Shown: positions 24,790 to 36,256 of the stretch, piece after piece
How the letters are laid out: every line of letters starts with the position of its first letter
Position numbering within the stretch: position 1 is the first letter of the stretch
Notes under the pieces: model-generated
Told to the model about the DNA's origin: nothing
Database searches by the model: none
Seen by the model: the letters and a program-made list of their open reading frames with translations, nothing else
Translations under genes and position numbers: made by a program
Assembly: GCA_965178125.1 (NCBI GenBank)
Contig: OZ237735.1
Coordinates: 496,001-560,000 of the forward strand
Direction of reading: 5' to 3'
Length of the DNA stretch: 64,000 nt
From: Bilabrum cf. latius
Taxonomy: Eukaryota

Positions 24790-26542
24790 TCATGTTCCCA
24801 TGGATGCCAAATCAGCAAACGAGCTGCTTCCCGCAGCCAGCCCAGCAAGCTCATCCACGTCATCTGCAGATTCCCCACCCTGCATCACCCCTGCCCCGCC
24901 CGGCACCGCCGCCTCTGACTTTGAAACCGACCCCATTTGCTTCTACCCTAACTATATGCCATCTGCCTGCGCGTGACCCAAGTCATCATGCCCTGGAGGC
25001 TCGCTCGAAGCCGAGCTGCTCCTCCGTAGGGTCGGAGCCGGCCGCCTCCCGCCAACCACTGCCACAAACTGGTCGCCGGCGCGAGCCAGAAGAGCCCCGG
25101 TCGACGGCAGCCCAGCAGACCCGCTGTGCGCCTGCTCCGCAGACTCGACAGCAGCAGCGATCGAAACCGAGCCCCGGCCATCGGACCGCCCAGCGGCCGA
25201 GCTGCCTGCAGGGAGACCCGGCGGGGCCGTGGCCATTGAGGAAGCGCCACCGTCCTCGGCGTCCTCGGCCCCTGGAACCTCGTGCGATTGGGCAGCCCTG
25301 GGGGCAAACACGTCCAGCACGCGCGACACCTAGTCCAGCAGAGGCGCGGCGCTGGTTCCTGCTTTGCCCTGGCCCTTGCCCCCCCTAGCACCGCCCAGGG
25401 CCGCCCACCCAGACCCGGCACCCTGGTACCCGTGCGCCAAAGCATGCCTGCGCATGTCTTCCTGCTTCTACCGGAGCTCGGCCTGTCGCAGAGCCTCATC
25501 CAAACCTCTAGAGACCACCCTGGCGTGCGTCTGCGCAGAGGCCAGGCAGGCATCGAACAGATCTGTCGGGACGGGGGCTCCCCCGGGCTTGTCCAAAAAG
25601 CAGAGCTCGCGGCCCCCCGCCGTGAAGCAGAACGTGAGGTGTCCGGAGGAGACTACCTCCTCTCTATCGGTGGGATCCATGACCGCGACCAGCCCAGTGG
25701 CTCCGCTGTGAATAGAGGACTGCGTCACGATTCCAGAGGGCGCGCCGTCCATCGAAAAGGGGCTGGGCCTGCTCGCCGCCGCCCCGTCCTCGCCGGCCGC
25801 TGCAGCCGGCCTCGGGGGCACTCGCACCAGACCAAACGAAACCGCAATCGGAGTGTGGTGCACCGACAGGGGAGTTGGCACGCCTTCGCTGTAGCCTTTC
25901 ACGGTCGCGCCGTCGCCTGACAGCGTGACCTCAGGCCGCCTAAAATGCCGCAGCGAAGCAATGCTGGCCATAATAGCGGCATCCAGAGCATTGCCCCCCA
26001 GGCATGTTACAATCACCTAGCATTCTATTTCCCAAACCCTCTCCCCAGCTTCTATGCACAACGACTCGACGTCAAGTGCGCGAGAATCGCGAATGGCCCG
26101 CTCCACTGCGCGACCAAGACCAACAGCCTCTGGAGCAGGACGGCCGAAGTCGACCTGCTCAGAGGCCAGTGGAGACACGTCGACCTTGACTTTCAGGAAT
26201 CCCTCCACCGGCCTGGCCGGATGTGGCTTCACTACGGCGGCAGTTGTAGTTGCGCAGCAAGCTGTGTCTCCAAGTGAGAGCTCGGCAGATGTTTGCTTGG
26301 GCAATCGACTGAAACTGATCTACACCTGCAGAGTGATAGTAACGACCGGGCCGGCAGTTTTGCTGAAATATCCGTGCATTGGTGGAGTGATAGGGCTTTG
26401 TCGCACGAGAGCTCACTGGTCTTGCTTGGTTGAGTTCCCTACCATCGTGACGGAGCCCACTCGTGATCGAGGACACAATGAACTCTTGTTCATTGCTGCT
26501 GAAGAGAGAAGATTGCAATTGGTTGCCAGATAACGACAGCAT
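24790..26542 (-). CDS. EXOSC9: Exosome complex RNase PH subunit Rrp45; intron 26326-26416; TAG at 26320, 26017, 25468, 25330, 24952, 24943
   Basis: SSNEQEFI..GLRHDGR, ERAIRDSRALDVESLCIEAGERVW, GGNALDAA..SLRHFRRPEVT, PLSVHHTPIAVSF, DPTDREE, LDKPGG. Ends TGA 24790. Confidence 0.9.
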
Positions 26543-26639
26543 CAGGCGTGTTTCCCTTTGGCACTCAGGGCACGGTAAATTGCACGCTACCGTAGATTGG
26601 CAAAACCACACTACTCAGATCCGCACTATTTGTCGTACC

Positions 26640-29256
26640 ATGGCTGGTTCTGGAGATTTTCGTCTACCCAGGTTGGAAAATCCTGTTATTGGTGTCATTG
26701 GTGGGAGCGGCTTGCTGAAATCTCGATCAGAGCTCTTCTAGAAGCTCACTTTTGACGAAGTACCCACCTCGCAAGGCACAGTCTTAGTTCGCCACGGCAA
26801 GTTGGAGGGTGGAGGTACGCTCGTCTTCGTGCAGCGCCATGAAGCTACACCGTCCCGAAAGTACACCCAGCCCGCGGACATCAACTACGCCGCGATTGCG
26901 TTGGCCCTGAAAGCAGTTGGGTGCAGTCGCGTTATCGGCGTGTGCAGCGTTGGATCTTTGCGAACCTCGATCGGTGTCGGGTCCATAGTTGTGCCTGATG
27001 ACTACTATTGTCCGTACGACGTTCGCCGGGTGTACTCCGACTACCGTGGACACTACATGCCTGGCTTTGACGAGACATCGCGGGGATGCATCGTCGATGC
27101 GCTGCACGAGCTTCGCATGCGCCCAGTCGTGAGGTTTAGAACAGAATATAGTCGCACAAACTGCAACCTTTAAGTATCGCGTGGCGCACATTTCCACTCT
27201 ATTGGTGCATCCCATCGTCGTTCGCGCGCAGTCTGCTGGAACCTACGTGAACGCGAAGGGCCCTCGGTTCGAGACCAAGGCGGAGATCCGCACCTTTGCG
27301 CAGAGCGGAGAGATCCTCGGAATGACAGGGGCCCACGAGGCCTCGTGCTGCCAAGAAACCAAGCTGCAGTACGCGATGGTCTGCCTGGTGGACAACTTCT
27401 GCCACGGGATTGGGCACCAGCTCTCCGTGGAGGAGTTCCACACCAACCAGAAGAAGAACTTGGACACTCTTGAGGCCATGGTGGACGGCATCATCAGGGG
27501 ATCGGCCCAGAGTGCGAGAGCCGAGGCTGTGGACCCCACGCAGGCCGGCGTGGGGAGCGCGTCATCCGGAGCCGGCACGCACGCAAAGATGAAGCTGCCT
27601 GCCGCTGCCATGGGCGGGAAGAGCAAGGAGGAAGAGGAGGGTCGCAGCAGCTCCTCTGACGTCGTTGGTGCCGGGGGACTGGTGCGGTCGGGCACGCCGC
27701 AGGAGGTCGCGCAGGCCAAGGAGCAGGCCAAGGCTGCCACGGAGGCAGCAGCGTCGGGTGCAAGGGAGGAGGTCGACCTGGTGGTGCACGCGGGGTACGT
27801 GGTGCCCATCGTGCCGCGCGGCGCCGTGCTGCGGAACCACGCAGTGGCGGTGCGTGGGGGCCGCATCATCGCCGTTGTTCCCTCGACAGAGGCATCGACC
27901 CGTTTCTCAGCCGCGCAGGTGCGGCGGCTGCCCGGCCACGTGGTGATGCCCGGACTGGTCAACTGCCACACCCACCTTGGCATGTCTGTAATGAGGGGCC
28001 TCAAGGGCGACCTTGATCTCATGACCTGGCTGCAGACGGCCATCTGGCCCGCCGAGGCCCGCATGATGAGCACGCCTGAGAAGGCAGCCAAGTACGTCAG
28101 GGCGGGCACGAGGCTGGGCGTCCTCGAGAGCATCAGGGGCGGCGTGACGTGCGTTAACGACATGTACTTCTTCCCTGAGCAGACGGCAGAGGTCATCGTC
28201 GAGTCGGGCGTGCGCGGTACCGTGGGCGTCCCCGTTCTGGAGTTCCCTTCCACGTTCGCGAGCGGCGCTGACGACTACATCGCCAAGACGGAGGCCTTCA
28301 TCCTAAAGTGGAGAGACGTCAGCAACGACAAGCACCAGGGCAGGCTTAGGTTCGCCATCGCGCCCCACGCTCCTTACACTGTCTCTGACGAGTCATTCAA
28401 GAAGTCTCACGCCCTTGCAGTCAAGTACGGAGTGCCCATGCACGTGCACGTGCACGAGACCGCAGACGAGGTGGACCACTCCTCCACAGGCAAGCCCGGG
28501 CCCGCCAAGCACCAGAGCCAGCAGCTGCTGCGCCCCCTCGCTAACTTTAAGAGGATGGGCGTGCTGGATCGGCACCTGATCGCGGTGCACGTCGCGAATG
28601 CGAGCAAGGACGACATCAGGGATCTTCAGGAGGGGGGCGCCTCCGTTGTCCACTGCCCCAACTCCAACCTGCAGCTCGTGTCGGGGCTGTGCCCCGTGGC
28701 GCGCATGATGGAGGCCGGCGTGAACGTGGCGCTGGGCACCGACTCGACCGCTTCCAACGACAGCCTGGACATGTTCGGCGAGCTCAAGCTGGCTGCCGCG
28801 CTCGGCAAGATGGTCCGAGGGGACTCGAGGAGCCTCCCTGTCGCTGCCGCGCTGGAGATGGCCACCATCAACGGTGCCAAGGCCATCGGGCTAGGGGACG
28901 AGATCGGCTCTTTGGAGCCTGGCAAGAGCGCCGATTTTATCGCTGTCCGCACGGACGTCCCCGAGATGCAGCCCATTTTCAGCGTGGAGAGGCAGCTGGT
29001 GTACTCTGCAAGCAGGTCGCTCGTGACCGACTCGTGGGCTTGCGGTCGTGCCCTCCTGGTTGAGGGCGAGGTGCAGACCATGGACGTCGATTCGATCATG
29101 GCAGATGCTGTTGACTACGGGGTCCAGCTGGCTGCTGGCATGGAGCAGGACGATGCCAAGGCTGCCGCGTCCAAGGCGATGGATGGAGAGGAGGACGAGG
29201 GAGGGCCTGCAAGCGAGGAGGATGGCCCAGCGGCTACTAGTGGTTCTGGCTCGTGA
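26640..29256 (+). CDS. Fusion of an MTAP/PNP-family nucleoside phosphorylase and an MTA/SAH deaminase-like amidohydrolase; intron 27129-27231; TAG at 26739
   Basis: N-domain IGVIGGSG, FVQRH, PADINYAA, SVGSL, PDDY, GPRFETKAE, GMT, LVDNFCHG. C-domain PGLVNCHTH, DMYF, IAPHAPYTV, HVHVHET, AVH, HCPNSN, LGTD. No stop between the domains. Confidence 0.88.
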
Positions 29257-29397
29257 GTTTTGCCTCGCTTCAGCCGAGTCTCGAGTTGCCCGCAGCGTTG
29301 GAGCAGTTGCGACCACTTGCAGCAGTGAACGATCCCGGTTGCGACTGCAACGAAAACAGAATTCACTCCAAATCTATCACTGTGTTCTAGTGCCGTC

Positions 29398-32300
29398 ATG
29401 GCGATGATTGCAGGTGGCGTACATGATGACCATCTCAATTGGGGGACAGCAACGAGCGTGGCAGATTTCTTATCCACGCTGCGCAAGAAAAAACGGAAAG
29501 GTGGCCGCAGGCGTCACAGCGCCGAGGTTGTTCACGATGCAAGGCTGAAACGAAAGCGATAGTCGGCAAGAGGATAGAGATCATCAGTAGCTGGCGTTCT
29601 ACACGCTCTTAAACGGTCAAGCAGCTAGTTTGGCAGCAAGGGCTCCATGCGACGCTCGGCTTCGGATGGAGCGTCATCTGCAGGGCCTGCATCTGAGAGC
29701 ACAGGATCATCAATTCGAAGGTCGGGATTGCAAGCCCCTCTTCCATTTGTCTCGGGGGGTGCAAGCGGCGGGCGGTCTTCTGCCAGGGTGCCGTTTTCAG
29801 GCGGCAGCTCCGGCGGAGGTTCACAGCCGCCTGTTCAAGCTCAATCCAGTGGAGAATAGCCAATAGCCAGCAACCCTGACCGTGCAAGTCAACCTACTTT
29901 ATAGTATTTGTAGGCAACTCCTGGAGTTGGAGGTTCTGCCATGCTTGGCACTGGATTGCTAGCGCCGCAGCTAACGGACCCAGCAGCTCGCGCTCGCCCG
30001 CCAGTCAGTCTTCGCGTTCGAGAGCCGAGCGATTAGCTGCTTCATTAGGGCCATCATTAGGGCTTTTCGCACGCTCGTGCCATGCAAGCGCCGCCCCCAC
30101 CCCGTGGCAGCTCTGCATCGGTTGAAGCTCTCGATAAGCAGGACATTGATGCTGTGCACCAGTCCATACTCCGTTTCAACCTGGCTCAAGAGGCTAAAAT
30201 GCAAGCTGAGTATCGCGATGAGCAAGAGCGCTTGTGGGCTCGCCGACGAAACGTTGCGGAGTAGCTGACGGGATGTCGTCGAGAACTCAGTGACTGGGTC
30301 GATGAGGGTCTCAAGAGCTGGAAGGCAAAACTGTTTTCAGCCGTCGTGTAGCTCATCATTATCATCAACGTGCTGGCCATTATCCTGGAAACTGAGAGAG
30401 ACGTCAATGATGCTGCCCCGGATGGCTTTTTTGGGTATCTGGATGCCGCCTGCTCCATCCTGTTCACCATTGAGATTGTCATACGAGTGTGGGCCGCAAG
30501 CAGCCTCTGCAGCTATATTCGAGAGCCCATGAACTGCATCGATATAATAGCCGTCGTTCCCTTTTACATTGGGCTGGTAATCTAGCTGGTCGAGTCCCAG
30601 GGGGGTTCAGGGGGCGGGCAGGGCGTGGACAGCTTCCTGCAGGCTCTGCAGCTGGTGAGAATCGTTAGGGTGACCCGCGTGTTCAAGCTGAGCAGGTACT
30701 TTAGCGCGGGGCAAGAATTCGTGCGGTTGCTATCCACAGCGGGATCAAGCCTCTTCGTGATGCTGTTCTTTATACTTGTAGCTCTGACCGTCGCGGGGTC
30801 CGCCCTCCTGTACACCGAAGAGCTCGCCGAGCGCATCCGGGACCCAGGGACCGTGCTTGGTCCCAACTACGAGGCTACGTTTGGGTCCATTCCTGGCACT
30901 GTGTACTTTGCAATCACCACGATGGCACAGGTGGGCTTCGGAGACGCGATTCCTGCCACGGTCCCGGGTCGATTCATCGCAATCTTGGTTTCGTTCTGCG
31001 GTTTCGTGCTCTTTGCTCTGAGCGTGACTGTGATTTCGCAGCATTACCATCACATGAAGCGCATGGATGCTATGGTACAAGAAATGGAGGAGCGTGAGAA
31101 CGCGGTCAAGGAAGTCAAGCAGCGATTCGGGATGAAGAGGGCGTTGTCAGCGGAGTACGCCGAGGGCGCCAAGGACTCTGCCACTAGGAGCCTGGCCCAG
31201 TACCTGAGGCAGCTCGGTATTGACGAGGCATTCGACATTGAGTCTGATTTTGAGGATGGGCCTAGTGACAGGGACACCAGCGATGGCGAAGGTGCAGCCG
31301 CAGATGACAGGGCTGCCGCAACCGGCACGGTTGCGTCGGGATCGAGCGGCTAGGGCGGGGACGGTGCGCCGGACGAAATCGACAGGGAAGCGGAGCGAGC
31401 AAGGATATTTGAGGAAAGGTACGCACTCGAGAGGTTTCCGTTTGCTCTCACGACAATGCACGCGACAAATAGGTTTGCACGCAGCTTCGATGGTGTGGAC
31501 TTTGTCCAAGACAGGGTGCAGCGCGATTTCAGAGGCTTTTAGGGAGATACTGCCGATTGGTGGGACTATGACATCGACGCTGAGTTCGGAGGGAACGTTG
31601 GCGAGGCTTCTGGGATCAACGCATCTGGAAGCGTTGTTGGGCAGGACACCCCGCACGGTGGAGCCTGGGAGGAGAACGATACCTTTCGAGACACCAATGC
31701 AGCGGAGAACATGACCAGCCCTGGCTTGGTGGCAGCAAGAGTGGGTCTTGCCTCTCCTGTAGGCTCAATGGGAATGGGGGGTGGCACGCATCCGGGCGGA
31801 GCCATTGGTGGCTATGGCGGGTTTGAGACTCCCGCTGCTCAGGAGTCTCCAAGCCAATCGGAGCAAGCGCCCGCGAGGCCGAACAGGCCCAGGTTGTCGA
31901 GAGCGGCGCAGCGGAGGAGAGCCTCCTTGGCAGGGCTCGAGAGGGGTCGGGCCGCTACTGGAAGTGATTCTGTTCACGTAACTTACTCAAGCTCGACCTC
32001 TCGACGCGCGTCTACCAAGGGACGCAGCACGCACGACAGGCAGACCTCGAGCGGTTCCAGCAAGCGCTGGAGCAAGAACACGATGCAGATCACCACTGAA
32101 GACGGTGCTGGAACCGTGTCAGCCAGCTCCCCCTCATCGGGATCCATGAAGGGATACATGAGGACATCAAGCAGGCGGATTGTGGTAGGAGCGACCGGAA
32201 ACGACTCCAACTCGGCTGTTCCAAGCGATAGGAATGACATCACTGATGGGGCTGCAATTAGTGATGGTCGGACGGCAAGTATGCCACCAAGGTAGAAGAG

Positions 32301-35004
32301 ATCGGCTACCCTTCGACCGGCCGGCAGGAAGCTGCCTGCCAGGCCTCGTAGGGGGCGTCACAGCGTGGAGGAGCGTGGCAGCGGGAGCCGCGGCTAGCAT
32401 TATCAGAGTGACACGAAGCGGCATTTCATGGAGCCGGATGTGTCGATCCGCCCCGATTTTGCAGCCACGCTTCGAATAGAGTGGTAGCGGGCGAGACGAG
32501 CCAACGCAATCCGGCGATTTGAGGAACGCGCCTCGCAGCTGAAGCAGATCGCAGGCCTGATGCAACAAATCGCGTAGCGAACCAACGAAGATGGGGACCA
32601 GTACGAGCGCGAAGAGAGCGAAGATACGCTTGAGAATGAGAAACGAGTGCTGGGTGGTGCGTCGGATACAGGTACGAAAGCTCGCCGCAGGAGCGCTGGT
32701 GGCTCCATCCGAGATCAGTTCGTGGGACTCGGTGGATTCACTCGATAGCTGGCCGCAAATAGATCCAAAGATGACGGCTCTCCGCATGGCAATACCTAGC
32801 GAGAGCTCGGGGAGGATGACGTGCACTCGAGTGCTGCACAAAGTTTGAGTATATCGGTATCTCAAGCTGCTGCGCTGGCCCCGGGGAGCCAGGTCACCAA
32901 GCCTCGACGGAAGGCAGAGTTCTTGCCGAAGCGACGCCGGGCCCGGCGTGCGAGCATCGGTGTATCAAGTGTGCGACCCAAGCATTCCCTGCTAGACAGT
33001 CCCACCGGCGGCGATCATCACAGGCAGATAGACATGGCAGACCTCCTTGCTCCGCCTTCAGTTGGGGACAGCGGTCCTGCTAGTGGAATTGCATCTCGTG
33101 GCCGAGACCGAGGCAGGACTCGCAACCGCCAGCGCAAGTCTGCAGCAGGGCGAAAAAGGCGAACGTCCAAGGAGTCGAAGGCTTCGAAGAGCTCCAAAAG
33201 CTCTAAGGAATCGAAGTCTTCCAAATCTTCACGGTCCTCGAAGTCCTCGAAGGACCCAGGCAAGGACAAACTGCCTCCCGCGAGCCCCTCAAGACGACCC
33301 AGGGCACCCCGCAGAAAAATTAGAGGTCGCAGAATGAGCATTCAGCTAGGTGATGTGTCATTGCTCCGTAAATTGGAGCAACAGGCCCAGGACATTGCAG
33401 AGAGAACGGCGAGAGTGAGATCGATCCTTGCAGAGCAGCAGGCCGAGGACGACGAGGCCGACGGTATGGCCTTTGCAATGCTAGCTGTGCCGGCAGGCGA
33501 CACAAAGAATCCCACTCCTGGAAGTGCTCGTGCCCGCCGCAAATCGTTTTTAGTGCCTGGCGGAGCAGCGGATGCCACTACGGAAGCCCGCATCCTACAC
33601 AAGCGCCTGTCTGAGGCAGCTGAGGCGAAGAAGGCCATTGAGGAGGAGAGGCGGAAAAAGGCCAGAGAAAAGGCAAAGGCGACCCTCGCTAAGCTGAAAG
33701 GAGTATAGAAGCTCAAGAAGGCCTCGAAGAAAGCCCTGAGTGCCCTGCGGCTAACTGGAAAGCTGAAGCTGGGTGCGGGTACCAAAGGGGCCAGTGGAGC
33801 CGACAAAGTGGCAAGCATATTTGGAATGGCAGCGAAGGGGGGGGCTGGTGACGGCGAAGTGCCCGCTGGAGTGAAACTGTCCATCGCTGGCGCACCAAGA
33901 ACTGGGTTGCTAGCCGCGGTCCAAGGCGCAGTCCGGGGAGTGCTGGCAAGCGACCCAAGACGCAATACCATGCCTGGCTTCAGTGATGACCTGGAAGGGC
34001 TGACGCCCACCGAAATCCGAGCAAAGCTTGAAATCGAGTGTCGCACCGGTCATATGACTGAGCAAGAGCTGGCAGAGTGCCTGCAGTTGATTGAAGCATC
34101 GTACCTGAAGTGGGAATCGAAGATTGACAGCCTGATGGAGACAGTCCAGACCGTGTTCGTGTCTGTGTGCCAGCAGATGAGGGTCAAGGTGCCAGATGCC
34201 ATGATGAAAGAAGTGAGCGCTAGGATCAATGGTAATTTGTATAGCGTGCAAGGCGGTGGTGGGGGCAAATCCGTCAGCAGCGTCGGCAGCACCGCCGGCG
34301 ATGCAGGTGCGTCGGGGTTCGCTGATCCGGGTGCAGGCGGCAGTGTGCTGCACTAGTCACCTCGCCGCGGCAGAGCCAATCGCGGAAAAGAGGACCTTGC
34401 TCGATCTCTGGCAGTCCGCCATCTATCGCGTCACGCGCGCGCCGCCGCTCAGCGCGCTTAGCAGGGTAGGCAGGGTTCGGAAGCGTAGGGTGGTTTCTCT
34501 GTTGGACCGCTACCCCTAGCAGGTGCCAGCGCCCCATCGTCGCGAGATGGACGGAGGCGCTTCAAGTCGATGCGCATTCGTAACATTACTAGAGGTCCAT
34601 TGCACCGCGCCAAGCGGAGTACAAGCAGGAACAGTGCTACCGGAGTTGTACCCCAGGAGCCCCACACGACTCAGGCAGCTGGCGTCAGAGGACGAGGTTT
34701 CTTCAAGGACGCGCAAGGCGCCAATGAATTTGGTGGCGGAGGACAGCTGCATAGCAGCGGCTCACCTGCGAGGCGGTCTTCGGTCGGGGGATCCTCCACG
34801 GGGGATCGACGTGTTCGTCGCGTGTCTGTGGCCGTGCACCAGATGAGGAGGAGGCAGAGCATCACCCGGCAGCGGACCAGAGAGGGCGACGCAGTGCTGG
34901 CTCGAGGTGCGCGTAACATACAACAGAGAGAGGATGGTCAACTGCTCGAGGCAGCATCTCGGCGCGAAAGCCTGCGGCGGGCGGCCACGACAGGCGCCGA
35001 TTGA
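29398..35004 (+). CDS. Voltage-gated K+-channel-like protein (S1-S6) with long low-complexity termini, ~1,868 aa; many in-frame TAG; start uncertain
   Basis: LFTIEIVIR, PMNCIDIIAVVPFY, S4 LVRIVRVTRVFKLSRY, pore FGSIPGTVYFAITTMAQVGFGDAIPATVPGR. The frame continues through TAG only to TGA 35002-35004. Confidence 0.8.
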
Positions 35005-35168
35005 TGGGCCAACTTACGGGCCGACTTGAGGGCCGACTGATGCAATGCCGTTCTGCAGCAGCGGCGTGCCATACCGGCCTTGCAAGGACAATATGTTCTG
35101 GATGGTGCTTTTGAATTAAAGAATCTATATGTTCTGTACAAGAGTTCGTCTATCGACACCGTGCACCG

Positions 35169-36132
35169 TCACAGCCTTCCATCCGAAGCAGAACCACCAC
35201 CACCACCACCTCTGCTCTCGCCGCTTCCGCCTTCAGAGCCACTTCCTGCCCCATCCACTCGTCTCGCATAGCCATCAACCTCACCCTTGATCAGAGCGAT
35301 ATCCTCCTGGGACAGCTCAAACACACCATCTTCGATCGCGCGACGGATAGCTGCAGTCGTCTCATCCTCCGGCTCAGCCGCGGCCTAGGCTTCGTCCGAA
35401 CCAGCGGCATTCCCTTGCCCTGGTTCGCCTCTGTGCACCCTTTGAGTCGCACCATCACTATCGGCTGCACTGGATGCGACGTGATTCTCGCCTGCTTGGG
35501 TTGTTGCCGCGTCGCTCGCCACCATTGGGGGAGACCCGACTGCTGGTGGTTGCTCGCCCGAGTTGCTGCCCACAACCCCTGAGGCTGTTTGCAAGCCAGA
35601 AAGCTGGCCATACGATATTCTTCGAAAGCTCTCTCCTTTCTCTTTGAGGATTTGCTCAACATCGATTGGGTCGTCCTCAAAGTATCCTAGTCGGTCTGCA
35701 AACAGGTGTAGATTGTTGCAACCCGGACAACGCACTAGGACCACGCCATGGTAATAAGCTTGCTGCGAACACAAGTTTGAGTAAAATCTTTAAATAATTG
35801 GCGTGAACATGCTTTGAAAGGTAGCTTATGTGGTTGCACTATCTCACTTTCGAAATCTGCTTGGCACTTCGTGTGTTGCAGACAGTGCACGTGAAAATAG
35901 TCACCATTTTCTCCCCACCATAGTGAGCTCCAGGAATGCGTGCTTTTGATGTTTGTGCCTCTGGGCCTTCTTGGCCTTCCCGTGGACCACAGCACGCAAC
36001 TGGGCTGATTGAGACGTGTCGATGTTGATGTTCCAAAACCGGTGCACTGAAAATTGCAGAAGACGCGGACTCCATGGCAAGCCGATGCCCATTTGAACAC
36101 AAGCAACCCAACCGTCGGAGACCCCTCTTCAT
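35169..36132 (-). CDS. DNLZ: Mitochondrial DNL-type zinc-finger protein (Hep1/Zim17/Tim15); intron 35763-35847; TAG at 35385
   Basis: FTCTVCNTRSAKQISK|QAYYHGVVLVRCPGCNNLHLFADRLGYF. C-terminal GVFELSQEDI is reached only by reading through the TAG. Ends TGA 35169. Confidence 0.88.
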
Positions 36133-36256
36133 GCTCCCAAATAGCCAGGGAAGCGCTGTAATGTTCCCGGAACAGCTGCAAGGTTCTCTGCCGCGCCGAA
36201 CGAACTTTCGGTCTGTGCACCAAGTGCAACCAGGACAACACGACACAAAATCCACC

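Noticed and set aside
24669-24878. Kinase start at MTWMSLLG (24863)
   Set aside because: It overlaps the read-through C-terminus of EXOSC9 (TGA 24790). The ATG at 24653 fits better.
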